A stretch of 64,000 bases of DNA from a virus: the IMG/VR virus record IMGVR_UViG_3300032223_001420, positions 1-64,000 of that record. One strand, 5' to 3'. The notes beneath the pieces were generated by a model that ran no database searches, was not told the DNA's origin, and saw only the letters and a list, made by a program, of their open reading frames with translations. Shown here one piece after another: positions 8,093-16,934 of this stretch (the first letter of the stretch is position 1; each line of letters opens with the position of its first letter). Made by a program: the position numbers and the translations under genes.

Positions 8093-9042
8093 GAACAGCA
8101 TTGGTAACAGGTGGTGCAGGTTATCTAGGTAGTCATTTAGCAAAAGCATTAAAGAAAGCAGGTTACACTACAATCTGTTTTGACATTAAATCACCACGCA
8201 ATATGCTGTACTGGAATTATACGATAATTGGCGATGTTCGTTCGAATATTTTAAAAATAGCATTTGCTGAACATCCAATAGATGTTGTATTTCATCTAGC
8301 AGGTCGAATTGAAGTTGGTGAATCTGTAGAAAATCCAGAATTGTTCTGGGATGTGAATGTGGGTGGCACAACAAACCTACTTAATATAATGAGAGAAAAA
8401 AATGTTAGGAATATTGTTTATTCTTCTACTGCCGGTCTATATCGTTCTTCTGGGACGAACCTCTCCGAAAAAGATCAAATAGATGACAACAATCCGTATG
8501 CCAATAGCAAGTATGCTGCGGAGTGTGCAATTCGTAATTCAACTATGAACCATATTATTTTTAGGTTCTTCAATCTTGCTGGTGCTGATCCAGATGGTGA
8601 AATGGGTGAGATGCATAATCCAGAGACGCATCTGATTCCAGTGATGTTCGAAAATCTAAATAATTTCATTATTAATGGTAAGGGTTATAGAACACCAGAT
8701 GGTACATGCATTCGAGATTTCGTACATGTATCTGATGTTGCTGATGCTCATGTCGCTGCTGCCGACTATATGCAAACACGACTGCCAAATCAACCAACTC
8801 TATTCAATCTAGGAACAGGCAAAGGATATTCAGTATTGGAAGTAATTCATGCTGCTATTGAAGAACTTAAAATACCTATCAATTACGGATTCGGAGAACG
8901 GCGTGAAGGTGATCCACCACGACTTGTTGCTATCACAGACCTTGCTAAAAAACATTTAAAATTCAAACCTAAACACGACTTAAAATCTATATTGAGAACG
9001 GCATACGCTTGGCATGAAAAACACAGACGAAATAACATTTGA
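8089..9042 (+). CDS. galE: UDP-glucose 4-epimerase (extended SDR)
   Basis: TGGAGYLGSH, VGESV..P, SSTA, PYANSK (YxxxK), R.FN.AGA, HLIP, DGTCIRDFVHV, R.GDP. Confidence 0.9.
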   Translation: MRTALVTGGAGYLGSHLAKALKKAGYTTICFDIKSPRNMLYWNYTIIGDVRSNILKIAFAEHPIDVVFHLAGRIEVGESVENPELFWDVNVGGTTNLLNIMREKNVRNIVYSSTAGLYRSSGTNLSEKDQIDDNNPYANSKYAAECAIRNSTMNHIIFRFFNLAGADPDGEMGEMHNPETHLIPVMFENLNNFIINGKGYRTPDGTCIRDFVHVSDVADAHVAAADYMQTRLPNQPTLFNLGTGKGYSVLEVIHAAIEELKIPINYGFGERREGDPPRLVAITDLAKKHLKFKPKHDLKSILRTAYAWHEKHRRNNI

Positions 9043-9547
9043 CGATCACAACCACTTTCTTACTGGTGAAATAAACGGTGAGAGTGTAGAGAAAGCGATT
9101 CGTTGGATTATGATGGGTTCAAACAATCCATCACCAGATCATCCAATGAGGTTGTATATTAATTCAGATGGGGGCAGTCTAATCGACGCATTTGCTTTGG
9201 TAGATGTAATGCGTACTTCTCCTGTACCTATCGCTACTCTCGGCATGGGTAATCTGATGAGTTCTGCATTTATGATATTTGCTGCTGGTACATTAGGTAA
9301 ACGAGCAATCGCTAAAAACACCAGTATCATGATTCATCAATTCAATTCCGACTATACTGGTAAGTACCATGACATGAAAGCATATGCTGAAGAGATTGAT
9401 AGAATCAATTATCGCATGGTTGCAGAGTTAGCACGAAACGGTAATTTTAATGAAATGGAAGTATCAACCAAACTATTGAAACCGAGCGATGTTTGGTTAA
9501 CCGCAGAGGGATTGGTAGAACTCGGATTTGCAGATATCATTTTCTAG
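9014..9547 (+). CDS. clpP: ClpP protease-like subunit
   Basis: LYINS.GG, MSSA (Ser), IMIHQ (His), SDVWLTA...GFAD.I (Asp). Confidence 0.88.
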   Translation: MKNTDEITFDDHNHFLTGEINGESVEKAIRWIMMGSNNPSPDHPMRLYINSDGGSLIDAFALVDVMRTSPVPIATLGMGNLMSSAFMIFAAGTLGKRAIAKNTSIMIHQFNSDYTGKYHDMKAYAEEIDRINYRMVAELARNGNFNEMEVSTKLLKPSDVWLTAEGLVELGFADIIF

Positions 9548-9560
9548 GAGAGTAATAAAT

Positions 9561-9710
9561 ATGTTGTCTGGAGGCAAGAAGTTTCAGAAACCCGAAAAGA
9601 CTAAGTTTCGCAAACATCAAGAAAGCGAACCTAAGCACAACAAACAACAAAAGCATCATGATAAATCCATGTATCGCTTACTGAAACAGGAGAAAGATTA
9701 TGTCGTATAA
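9561..9710 (+). CDS. Small basic hypothetical protein
   Basis: AGGAG SD; Lys/His-rich 49 aa. Confidence 0.55.
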   Translation: MLSGGKKFQKPEKTKFRKHQESEPKHNKQQKHHDKSMYRLLKQEKDYVV

Positions 9711-9861
9711 AGACGAATTGAGGCGTCAAATTGAAGAATTGGAAAAACAAGTAGACTCCGACAAAACTCGTTTGAACAATCTTTATCAAGAATTGAGCAG
9801 CATTAATATGAAAGAACGTGCTGAAGCAGCATTCAGTTCACAACAACTTCTCAAAGGCTAG
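9700..9861 (+). CDS. Small coiled-coil protein (not in the ORF track)
   Basis: MSYKDELRRQIEELEKQ...QQLLKG; AGGAG SD. Confidence 0.6.
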   Translation: MSYKDELRRQIEELEKQVDSDKTRLNNLYQELSSINMKERAEAAFSSQQLLKG

Positions 9862-9878
9862 TTTCCCTTTCCTGTTTG

Positions 9879-9886
9879 TATAAATA
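9879..9886 (+). promoter_or_regulatory. T4-type late promoter
   Basis: Exact TATAAATA 20 nt upstream of structural ORF 9906. Confidence 0.75.
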
Positions 9887-9905
9887 AGCAAATAGGAGAC
9901 TAATT

Positions 9906-10613
9906 ATGCCATTAGTAAAAGTATCTTCGGGAAACATACAAGACGGAACAATTATTGCCGATGATTTGGCAAACCTAGCGGTCAACGGAGCTAAACTAGG
10001 AATCTATTCTGTTAGTGGTAACAATCTCGGAATTCAGTCAGTCAGCGGTAACAACATCGGTCTAGGCGCTATCAGTGCTAACCACTTTGGCGGTGGCGGT
10101 GTTACTTCTTCTGTTCTATCGCCAAATCTTTCAATCTCTACTGTTAGAGTAGCTGAGACAATTAATATTGTCAGCTATTCGGTTCAAGGTAATTATAATG
10201 TTCATATAGGAAATAGCACTGTATATCATTTCCTTGCAAACTCTTCAGGGAACGTAACTTTTAATTTAGTTGCTAATAGCGGACCCGCTACAGGAACAAC
10301 TGGTCGTGCAAACGATTTAATTAGTATTGGTCAATCTATTTCCGCAGCCATGTTATTTAAACAAGGCTCGACACGATATCGTGCAAACGTTTATATTGAT
10401 GGTGTGTTGCAAACTGCTTATTGGGCTGGAAATGCACAACCGCAATATACAACATCAGCAGGTGCACAGTCGATGACATATGATGCTTATAATTTCAGTA
10501 TCATTAAAATAGGAAACGATCAATATACAGTCTTCGCTTCTAACACACCGTATGGACAAGCGAATGGTCAAGGTATGGGTCCTATTAATGCTCCATTTGG
10601 ACCGGTTCAATAA
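9906..10613 (+). CDS. Putative virion fibre/adaptor protein
   Basis: 10-aa SVSGNN(L/I)G repeats followed by a beta-rich C-terminal domain; late promoter upstream. Confidence 0.65.
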   Translation: MPLVKVSSGNIQDGTIIADDLANLAVNGAKLGIYSVSGNNLGIQSVSGNNIGLGAISANHFGGGGVTSSVLSPNLSISTVRVAETINIVSYSVQGNYNVHIGNSTVYHFLANSSGNVTFNLVANSGPATGTTGRANDLISIGQSISAAMLFKQGSTRYRANVYIDGVLQTAYWAGNAQPQYTTSAGAQSMTYDAYNFSIIKIGNDQYTVFASNTPYGQANGQGMGPINAPFGPVQ

Positions 10614-11626
10614 TGCCAATTAGAAGTTCAATCGCCAACTCTATAAAATCCTTTGGTGCTGATCGCACCGGAGGTATTCCCAAAACTGCTCCTCCAGGAA
10701 TTGATTATATCGTACTTGCTGGAGGTGGTGGGGGTGGATATAGTGGAGGCGGAGGTGGCGGCGGCGGTGGTTTAGTAGTCGGTTCTGGTTATCCTGTTGC
10801 ATCAGGTATTACATTAACTTTTACTGTTGGTGGCGGTGGTGCGGGTGGCAATCCTGGTGGTACTTCACAAATAACTGGACCAAGCACACCAACCATTACT
10901 GCCAATGGCGGTGGCGATGGTGCTGATGGACCCGGTGGTGCTAACATTGGTGGTTCTGGTGGTTCTGGTGGAGGTGGTGCTAGAGATCAACCTGCGTCGA
11001 ATTCTGGATCAGGAGCAGGAACACCAGGACAAGGAAATAGAGGTGGTTATGGTGGTCAGCCTCCTCAAGGCGCTGCTGGTGGTGGAGGTGGTATTGGTGG
11101 AAATGGTCAAGATGGTCAATCCAATCCTGGTCAACCATATGATTTAGGAAGAAATGGTGCAGATGGTAGAGCCATACACGATTTTTGGGGTGGCTTTGGA
11201 TATGGCTATTTAAATCCCGCTATTGCTCCTGCTGCTGGACCTTGGACAAGTTTTAATATGGGTTGTGGTGGGGGAAATGGAATTCAACGAGATGGTAATC
11301 AACCGGCTGGGAATGGTGGTTCAGCATCTTCTATACCAGCGGCTTATCCACACACAGGCGGCGATGGTGGTGGTGGTCCAGGTTCTGCAAAACCAGCAAA
11401 TAGTGCTATTCAATACACCGGTTCGGGTGGGGGTGGTGCTCCTCCAAATCCTGGTGGTGGCGCAAGTCCTGCTGGCGGTGCAGGTTCTGGTGGTAGTATA
11501 ATTGTTCGATTTGATGAATTTTATAGTAATTCTGTAAGTATAACTGGTGGTCCATTATTATACACATATCAAAATGGATATCATCACTATCATTTTTTAG
11601 GCACCGGAACATTTGCATTTAATTAA
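10613..11626 (+). CDS. Glycine-rich putative adhesin (single Gly-rich domain)
   Basis: IDYIVLAGGGGG...GGSGGG...GQG..GG...GSGG.IIVRF, the same domain as the 53-62 kb proteins. Confidence 0.75.
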   Translation: MPIRSSIANSIKSFGADRTGGIPKTAPPGIDYIVLAGGGGGGYSGGGGGGGGGLVVGSGYPVASGITLTFTVGGGGAGGNPGGTSQITGPSTPTITANGGGDGADGPGGANIGGSGGSGGGGARDQPASNSGSGAGTPGQGNRGGYGGQPPQGAAGGGGGIGGNGQDGQSNPGQPYDLGRNGADGRAIHDFWGGFGYGYLNPAIAPAAGPWTSFNMGCGGGNGIQRDGNQPAGNGGSASSIPAAYPHTGGDGGGGPGSAKPANSAIQYTGSGGGGAPPNPGGGASPAGGAGSGGSIIVRFDEFYSNSVSITGGPLLYTYQNGYHHYHFLGTGTFAFN

Positions 11627-11647
11627 TGTTGTAGAAATACAACACGC

Positions 11648-11676
11648 TTGACAAATAGCCAGTATTGCCGTATAAT
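11648..11676 (+). promoter_or_regulatory. Perfect-consensus sigma70 promoter
   Basis: TTGACA-17 nt-TATAAT. Confidence 0.85.
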
Positions 11677-11685
11677 GGTAATACT

Positions 11686-12045
11686 ATGAAAAATTTGCCT
11701 TCTGTTGGTTCGACAGTTTCCGTAAATTGTCAATATTATACTGGTCCCGTGACGTTCGAAGGAGTAGTTATCAATCCACATCGTTGGTTAGAAGCTAACG
11801 AGTTCTGTTTACAAACTGACAACAAAGTTTTTCCTGTGTCAGTTATCAATCTAGCAAATGTTATCGATATTAAAATACTTAACGGTACGACAACATCTGT
11901 TCGCAAGTTCAAGGTTAAAGGTTCCAAGAACGATGAATATATTGTAACATTGTCGGGTAAGCATTTTTCTTGCCCCTGCATTGGTTTCAAATATCACAAC
12001 AAATGCAAACACATAACAAAAGTAAAAGATAAACTTGCCGCTTAA
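11686..12045 (+). CDS. SWIM zinc-finger protein
   Basis: V.GS....Y.V......CPCIGF.YH..CKH (CxC...CKH). Confidence 0.75.
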   Translation: MKNLPSVGSTVSVNCQYYTGPVTFEGVVINPHRWLEANEFCLQTDNKVFPVSVINLANVIDIKILNGTTTSVRKFKVKGSKNDEYIVTLSGKHFSCPCIGFKYHNKCKHITKVKDKLAA

Positions 12046-12049
12046 CCGC

Positions 12050-12078
12050 TTGACAAGTGGCTCACTTTTTGATACCAT
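12050..12078 (+). promoter_or_regulatory. Sigma70-type early promoter
   Basis: TTGACA-17 nt-TACCAT with an extended TG. Confidence 0.65.
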
Positions 12079-12087
12079 AACTATACT

Positions 12088-12477
12088 ATGATGATTCGCA
12101 TATACCACAAATCAAAGAAGAAGAAAGTAACAAAAAAGCAATTGCAAGAACATCAAGATTTTGAGCGTTCTATCAATGCCATACCGTTACCTTCTGGCGC
12201 CAAGGTCTTACCTACAAAGGTCAAGGTTCAGAAAAAGTCTGTGTTCACGTATCGTGTACCACGTGATATTGTACGTGCTGAGAGCCTTCCTGACACGGTT
12301 AAGGGCGCATTGACTAAAACAGGCATTATGAAAGATTACCACAAGCTCGATTCAAACGACCGTGAGATTGTGGATCATGTAGCATCTTGCACGGCACCAT
12401 TACATAAAGGTAATTATACCTATGTTACCGAAGGTATGAACCCTGCAAGTTTCGGTCGTAAAAACGAAGTATTATGA
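12088..12477 (+). CDS. Basic hypothetical protein
   Basis: ORF track; C-terminal APLHKGNY motif. Confidence 0.7.
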   Translation: MMIRIYHKSKKKKVTKKQLQEHQDFERSINAIPLPSGAKVLPTKVKVQKKSVFTYRVPRDIVRAESLPDTVKGALTKTGIMKDYHKLDSNDREIVDHVASCTAPLHKGNYTYVTEGMNPASFGRKNEVL

Positions 12478-12482
12478 TCCGC

Positions 12483-12511
12483 TTGACAAATGGCACCAAT
12501 CATGATACACT
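12483..12511 (+). promoter_or_regulatory. Sigma70-type early promoter
   Basis: TTGACA-17 nt-TACACT. Confidence 0.65.
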
Positions 12512-12543
12512 ATTATTTCTATTGTTAATTTGGAGTTTATATT

Positions 12544-12969
12544 ATGGCACGAACTAAAACAGGCGCACATGCACCTTACGTAAAACTTCTTGCTCTGTTG
12601 CAAGATGGCAACGTTGTAACCAAAGATGAAATCGAAGCTAGTCTGAGCAACGATATTCATGTCTATCGTCTTTCTACCTATATCTGGGATATTAAGACCA
12701 AAACTGAGGGTATCGTTCGAGTAATCAAGGATGGTCGTGCCGTCACAGGCTATCAGATCACCAATCCCGCAGTTGTCAAAGCCTATCTGGCTAAAGTTGG
12801 TATTGGCGACTTTGTTCCAGGTTCAGGTAATATCAAACCTTCAGCATCAAAATTTGCAGCCCCTAAAGTAAAATCACTTTCTGGTCTGAAAGCCAAGCCT
12901 GCTAAGAAGGCTAAACAAGCTAAGGTTGAAACACCTGTTACTGATGAGGTTGTCGAAATCACTGAATGA
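12544..12969 (+). CDS. Putative winged-helix DNA-binding protein with a Lys/Ala-rich tail
   Basis: LLALL..G..VTK.EI......YRLSTYIWDIK; GGAG SD. Confidence 0.55.
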   Translation: MARTKTGAHAPYVKLLALLQDGNVVTKDEIEASLSNDIHVYRLSTYIWDIKTKTEGIVRVIKDGRAVTGYQITNPAVVKAYLAKVGIGDFVPGSGNIKPSASKFAAPKVKSLSGLKAKPAKKAKQAKVETPVTDEVVEITE

Positions 12970-13070
12970 TAAAAGTTTTCGGGGTGATGGCCGTTCTACG
13001 CCTATATTTCATTAAACAACAATGACTGTCGGGAGACAGACACGTGCCCCATTTTCTTTCTAAGGTGATT

Positions 13071-13304
13071 ATGTCGAAATTTACAAGTTGGGTTTCAAAG
13101 AAGTGGTCAGCACTTGAGGATCGTTCACTCAAGGCGATTGACTCTGCACATTTTTACAGTGCGTTATTTACTGAACGACAAAAATTTTATATGCTGGTAG
13201 TAATCATGGCAATTCTTGCAATGATTGGTGCAAGGGGTGCTGTTGAATTTATTGCCTTTGTTTATGTGATGAATAAAATTACACCTGATGAGGATCAGAA
13301 ATGA
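13071..13304 (+). CDS. Small membrane protein
   Basis: Hydrophobic segment FYMLVVIMAILAMIGARGAVEFIAFVYVM. Confidence 0.6.
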   Translation: MSKFTSWVSKKWSALEDRSLKAIDSAHFYSALFTERQKFYMLVVIMAILAMIGARGAVEFIAFVYVMNKITPDEDQK

Positions 13305-13549
13305 ATATTAAAATCTTAGTTGCTGCTTTGCCGTTATTGTTGACGGCTTGTGCAGCTACAAACAATCCCAACAAATCAAACTTGTCTGATGCAGAGTTTA
13401 TTCGTATGCAACAAGACCAGATGGTTAAGATGGAACGTGAAATGGAAAAACGTGAACAAGAGTTGAAATTTCAACACTTAAAAGATTTACAAATGATCAG
13501 TATGCAGCAAAAAGCAAAAAATTCCGAATGCAAACTTCTCTGCTTCTAA
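13301..13549 (+). CDS. Putative lipoprotein
   Basis: Signal peptide II with lipobox LTAC, followed by a coiled coil. Confidence 0.7.
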   Translation: MNIKILVAALPLLLTACAATNNPNKSNLSDAEFIRMQQDQMVKMEREMEKREQELKFQHLKDLQMISMQQKAKNSECKLLCF

Positions 13550-13550
13550 T

Positions 13551-14126
13551 ATGAATATTTTCTACCTCGACCACGATGTTCGCAAATGTGCAGAAATGCA
13601 CAACGACAAACACGTGGTCAAAATGATCTTAGAATATGCCCAACTTCTATCTACTGCTCACCGTATTCTTGACGGTGTTCTATCTACTGGCGTCAGTGCT
13701 TCTGGTCGCAAGAAAACTGTATATGTTCTTGCCGATAACCGTGATACCACTTTGTACTCTGCTACTCACGCTAATCATCCGAGCGCAATATGGGTAAGGC
13801 AATCAGATGCAAACTATATGTGGTTGGCTGAACTACTGGAAGAATGCTGCAAAGAATATACCTATCGTTATGATAAAGTTCATAAAGTCGAACGTGATGG
13901 GCTGATGCAGGCGTTGAAAAATCAGTTCCCTATAAACATACCTCATGGTACATTTACTGAACCAACACCTGCTATGCCTGAAGATGTTAAAGTGCTGCGT
14001 GAAGTTCATACTGATCGTTATGTCTTAGATTCGTTGGCGTCTTATCGAAACTACTATATACAGAATAAGACACACTTAGCCAACTGGAAAAAACGTGAAG
14101 TTCCAACATGGTACAATACTAAATAA
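13551..14126 (+). CDS. Pyrimidine-dimer DNA glycosylase / endonuclease V-like protein
   Basis: MNIFYLD...A..H.DKHVVKMILE.AQLLSTAH, H.NHPS..W.R, Y..RY.K.H, AMP, YR.YY motifs. Confidence 0.75.
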   Translation: MNIFYLDHDVRKCAEMHNDKHVVKMILEYAQLLSTAHRILDGVLSTGVSASGRKKTVYVLADNRDTTLYSATHANHPSAIWVRQSDANYMWLAELLEECCKEYTYRYDKVHKVERDGLMQALKNQFPINIPHGTFTEPTPAMPEDVKVLREVHTDRYVLDSLASYRNYYIQNKTHLANWKKREVPTWYNTK

Positions 14127-14130
14127 AATT

Positions 14131-14427
14131 ATGCCAACATATGATTTTTTAAATACTAAAACTGGTGAAGAATTTGAGTCGTTCATGAGCATGTCTGCAC
14201 GTGAACAATATCTCAAAGATAATCCGCACATTCAACAAATACTAGGAGCCACATCGACGGTTTCTGGTGTATCAATTACTGGTAAAGTACCAGATGGTTT
14301 CAAAGAAGTTCTAGCTAAAGTAACCGAGAATCATAAACAGTCTGCCGTTGCAAATGCACACGGTCGTCGGTCTATGAAAGAAATCAAAACACAAAATTTA
14401 GTTAATAAACATATCGGAAAAATTTGA
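14131..14427 (+). CDS. FmdB-like small regulatory protein (cysteines absent)
   Basis: MPTYDF.N..TGE.FE..MS; typically found upstream of phoH in T4-like phages. Confidence 0.6.
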   Translation: MPTYDFLNTKTGEEFESFMSMSAREQYLKDNPHIQQILGATSTVSGVSITGKVPDGFKEVLAKVTENHKQSAVANAHGRRSMKEIKTQNLVNKHIGKI

Positions 14428-14471
14428 GGGGTATTATATAATGCTAACCTGCTGTCGTATAAGGAGCATTT

Positions 14472-15233
14472 ATGGCAAGAAGAGCGGCGCTAAAACAAGT
14501 TTACAGTAGTGATGAAGCGTTGGATTTTTCAAAACCAACTAATCGATTAAGACTAAGATTAGATGATATGAAAACATTCCAACCACTAACTGAAAACCAA
14601 AATAAATTTTTTCAAGCATACAAACAAGGAGATTACTTTATAGCACTACATGGTGTTGCGGGAACAGGAAAAACGTTCTCAGCACTATACAAAGCAATTG
14701 AAGAAGTATTAGATAAAGGTAATACGTTTGAAAAAATTATAGTTGTACGCTCCGCAGTTCAATCGAGGGAAATAGGACATCTGCCAGGAAGTGTAGATGA
14801 GAAGATGGAAATCTATCAGCAACCATATCGTCAGATTTGCGAAACACTTTTTGGTCGCAAAGATGCGTGGGATAGATTAGAAGAACAAGGTCATATTGAA
14901 TTCATTTCAACATCATTCATTCGTGGTATGTCGTTTGACAATGCCATTATTATTGTTGATGAAATGCAGAATATGACCTTCGAAGAAATTGATACTGTAA
15001 TGACTAGGGTAGGTAATCAATCTAAGATTATCTGGTGTGGTGATTACAGGCAGACTGATTTGAACAAGAAGAAAAATGATGTTTCTGGTTTATTGAAATT
15101 CTTTGATATTGCATACCACATGGGTGCATTTACCAGAATTGAATTTACACCAGATGATATCGTCCGTTCAAGTTTAGTCAAAGATTATATTTTAGCAAAA
15201 CTGAAGTTTGAGGATATTACAGAAAAGACATAA
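14472..15233 (+). CDS. phoH: PhoH family ATPase
   Basis: G.AGTGKT, RSAV...IG.LPG...EK, F.RG.SF.NA.IIVDE.QN, TR.G..SK...GD..Q.D, IVRS. Confidence 0.93.
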   Translation: MARRAALKQVYSSDEALDFSKPTNRLRLRLDDMKTFQPLTENQNKFFQAYKQGDYFIALHGVAGTGKTFSALYKAIEEVLDKGNTFEKIIVVRSAVQSREIGHLPGSVDEKMEIYQQPYRQICETLFGRKDAWDRLEEQGHIEFISTSFIRGMSFDNAIIIVDEMQNMTFEEIDTVMTRVGNQSKIIWCGDYRQTDLNKKKNDVSGLLKFFDIAYHMGAFTRIEFTPDDIVRSSLVKDYILAKLKFEDITEKT

Positions 15234-15898
15234 TGCGAATATTTAATCATGTGAAGTTGCCGTCTTTGGACTTCGATTTGGAAGCAGTAACAACCGACAG
15301 TGGTAGACTTTATGCTACTCCCACAGGAGAAAAGTATAAGTCTATCACTACGGTGCTTTCACACCACAATAAACAAGCTATCATGGAATGGCGACAAAAT
15401 GTGGGTGAAGAAAAAGCAAATGAGATATCAGGTAAAGCATCACGCCGTGGTACTAAAGTTCATAAAATCTGTGAAGATTATATCAACAATGAAACTACTG
15501 ACTTCAAGTTGCAGATGTTGATGCCCGACTTGAAAGAATTGTTTTTCAAAATCAAACCAATCATCGATGAAAATCTTGGTGATGTCTATTCGCAAGAACA
15601 AGCATTATATTCCCATAAGTTACGAATTGCTGGTCGAGTGGATTTAATTGGATATTGGAATGGTAAGCTGTCGGTAATTGACTTTAAGACTTCTACCAAA
15701 CAAAAGGACGAAGAATACATTCAGAACTACTTCATGCAATGTACCGCATATGCGTTGATGTTCGCAGAGTTGACAGGCATGTGGATTGATGATATAGTAG
15801 TATTGATTGCTACTGAAGAAGGACCGCCACAGGTATTTGAACGTCAGATTCACGATTACCGAAAATCGTTGATGCAATATATAGATAAATATGCCTAA
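15233..15898 (+). CDS. PD-(D/E)XK exonuclease (Cas4/MGME1-like)
   Basis: SITTVL, RGT.VH, AGRVD, IDFKTS, Y..Q..AYA motifs. Confidence 0.85.
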   Translation: MRIFNHVKLPSLDFDLEAVTTDSGRLYATPTGEKYKSITTVLSHHNKQAIMEWRQNVGEEKANEISGKASRRGTKVHKICEDYINNETTDFKLQMLMPDLKELFFKIKPIIDENLGDVYSQEQALYSHKLRIAGRVDLIGYWNGKLSVIDFKTSTKQKDEEYIQNYFMQCTAYALMFAELTGMWIDDIVVLIATEEGPPQVFERQIHDYRKSLMQYIDKYA

Positions 15899-15913
15899 AA
15901 CAGGAGGCTTTTT

Positions 15914-16483
15914 ATGCTATCATTAAAACAGTACATTGTTGAAGGTAATCCACTTCAGCAGAAAGTAAATAAACACATATCGCATGGTCGTAGTATCGGT
16001 GCAATTTCACCAGAAGGCGCTCATACAGACACACCAGAAAAACTGCATCACGCTCATGCTGAAATAAAGAAGGATTTGGAACATGCACGTAAATCAGGAC
16101 ATATTGGTGGTTGGTCTGGACCACACAGAGGTGAATATCAGTATAAGAGTGATGAGGGGCATGAAAAAGTAAGTCGTGAAGGTTCATACCTAGTTCATGC
16201 AAAAGATGAAGGTGAAGAAGGACATAAAAAAATGGTACATGCTTTAAGTCATATCGGTAATAAACATAAGCAAGAATCTATTTTATCTGTTCACCATAAA
16301 ACTCAAGAATCTAATTGGCATCACCTCAACAATTCACCGAAAAAAGGTGAAGTTGAACATAAAGGAAAATTACATTATAATGTTAAAGTAAATCCCGATG
16401 CAGAAACAGAAGAAGAAAGACAAAAAGGAAGAGGCAGAACTGGAATGAAAAAGTCTGGGCATTCCTTTACTTCCCACGATTAA
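15914..16483 (+). CDS. His-rich protein, possibly an internal head protein
   Basis: N-terminal MLSLKQYIVE resembles T4-like capsid-targeting/prohead-protease leaders; GATAAATA late-like promoter and GGAGG SD upstream. Confidence 0.6.
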   Translation: MLSLKQYIVEGNPLQQKVNKHISHGRSIGAISPEGAHTDTPEKLHHAHAEIKKDLEHARKSGHIGGWSGPHRGEYQYKSDEGHEKVSREGSYLVHAKDEGEEGHKKMVHALSHIGNKHKQESILSVHHKTQESNWHHLNNSPKKGEVEHKGKLHYNVKVNPDAETEEERQKGRGRTGMKKSGHSFTSHD

Positions 16484-16486
16484 AAA

Positions 16487-16810
16487 GTGAGTTATACTAT
16501 GGATACAATTGAAAATTTAATTGCTGAATTGAAGAGTACAAATGTTTCGTCTATATACGAATCTGATTTAAATAAGTATATTAGTCGTTATCAACAATAC
16601 TATCGTGAAAACGTAGCTATGAATCCTACAAAAGGATTTACCGCAGTTATTGGTTGGTATGATCAGAGGCGAAAAGAATTCTACGAAGAATTTAAAAAAA
16701 TAGGTATTCATGTTAAAGATAATCCAGTTCCACCACTACACGAATACGAACATCAGCTTAAACAAACTGGTATGAATCGATTGAGTGAATTGGAAAGAAA
16801 ATTAAAATGA
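16487..16810 (+). CDS. Hypothetical protein
   Basis: ORF track. Confidence 0.6.
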   Translation: MSYTMDTIENLIAELKSTNVSSIYESDLNKYISRYQQYYRENVAMNPTKGFTAVIGWYDQRRKEFYEEFKKIGIHVKDNPVPPLHEYEHQLKQTGMNRLSELERKLK

Positions 16811-16932
16811 GTGATGATAAAAAAGAACCTAAAACACCACTCGATCATTTCGAACGCTGGTTTGATATAGCACTTCGATTTGGTTGGTGTTTGTTCATTT
16901 ATGTGGTTGTCACTGGCAATTACATAAGATAG
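16807..16932 (+). CDS. Small membrane protein (41 aa, not in the ORF track)
   Basis: MSDDKKEPKTPLDHFERWFDIALRFGWCLFIYVVVTGNYIR; ATGA overlap with the previous stop. Confidence 0.55.
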   Translation: MSDDKKEPKTPLDHFERWFDIALRFGWCLFIYVVVTGNYIR

Positions 16933-16934
16933 AA

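Noticed and set aside
15233-15898. Cas4-like nuclease suggesting a CRISPR system
   Set aside because: There is no repeat-spacer array or other cas gene; stand-alone exonucleases next to phoH are common in T4-like phages
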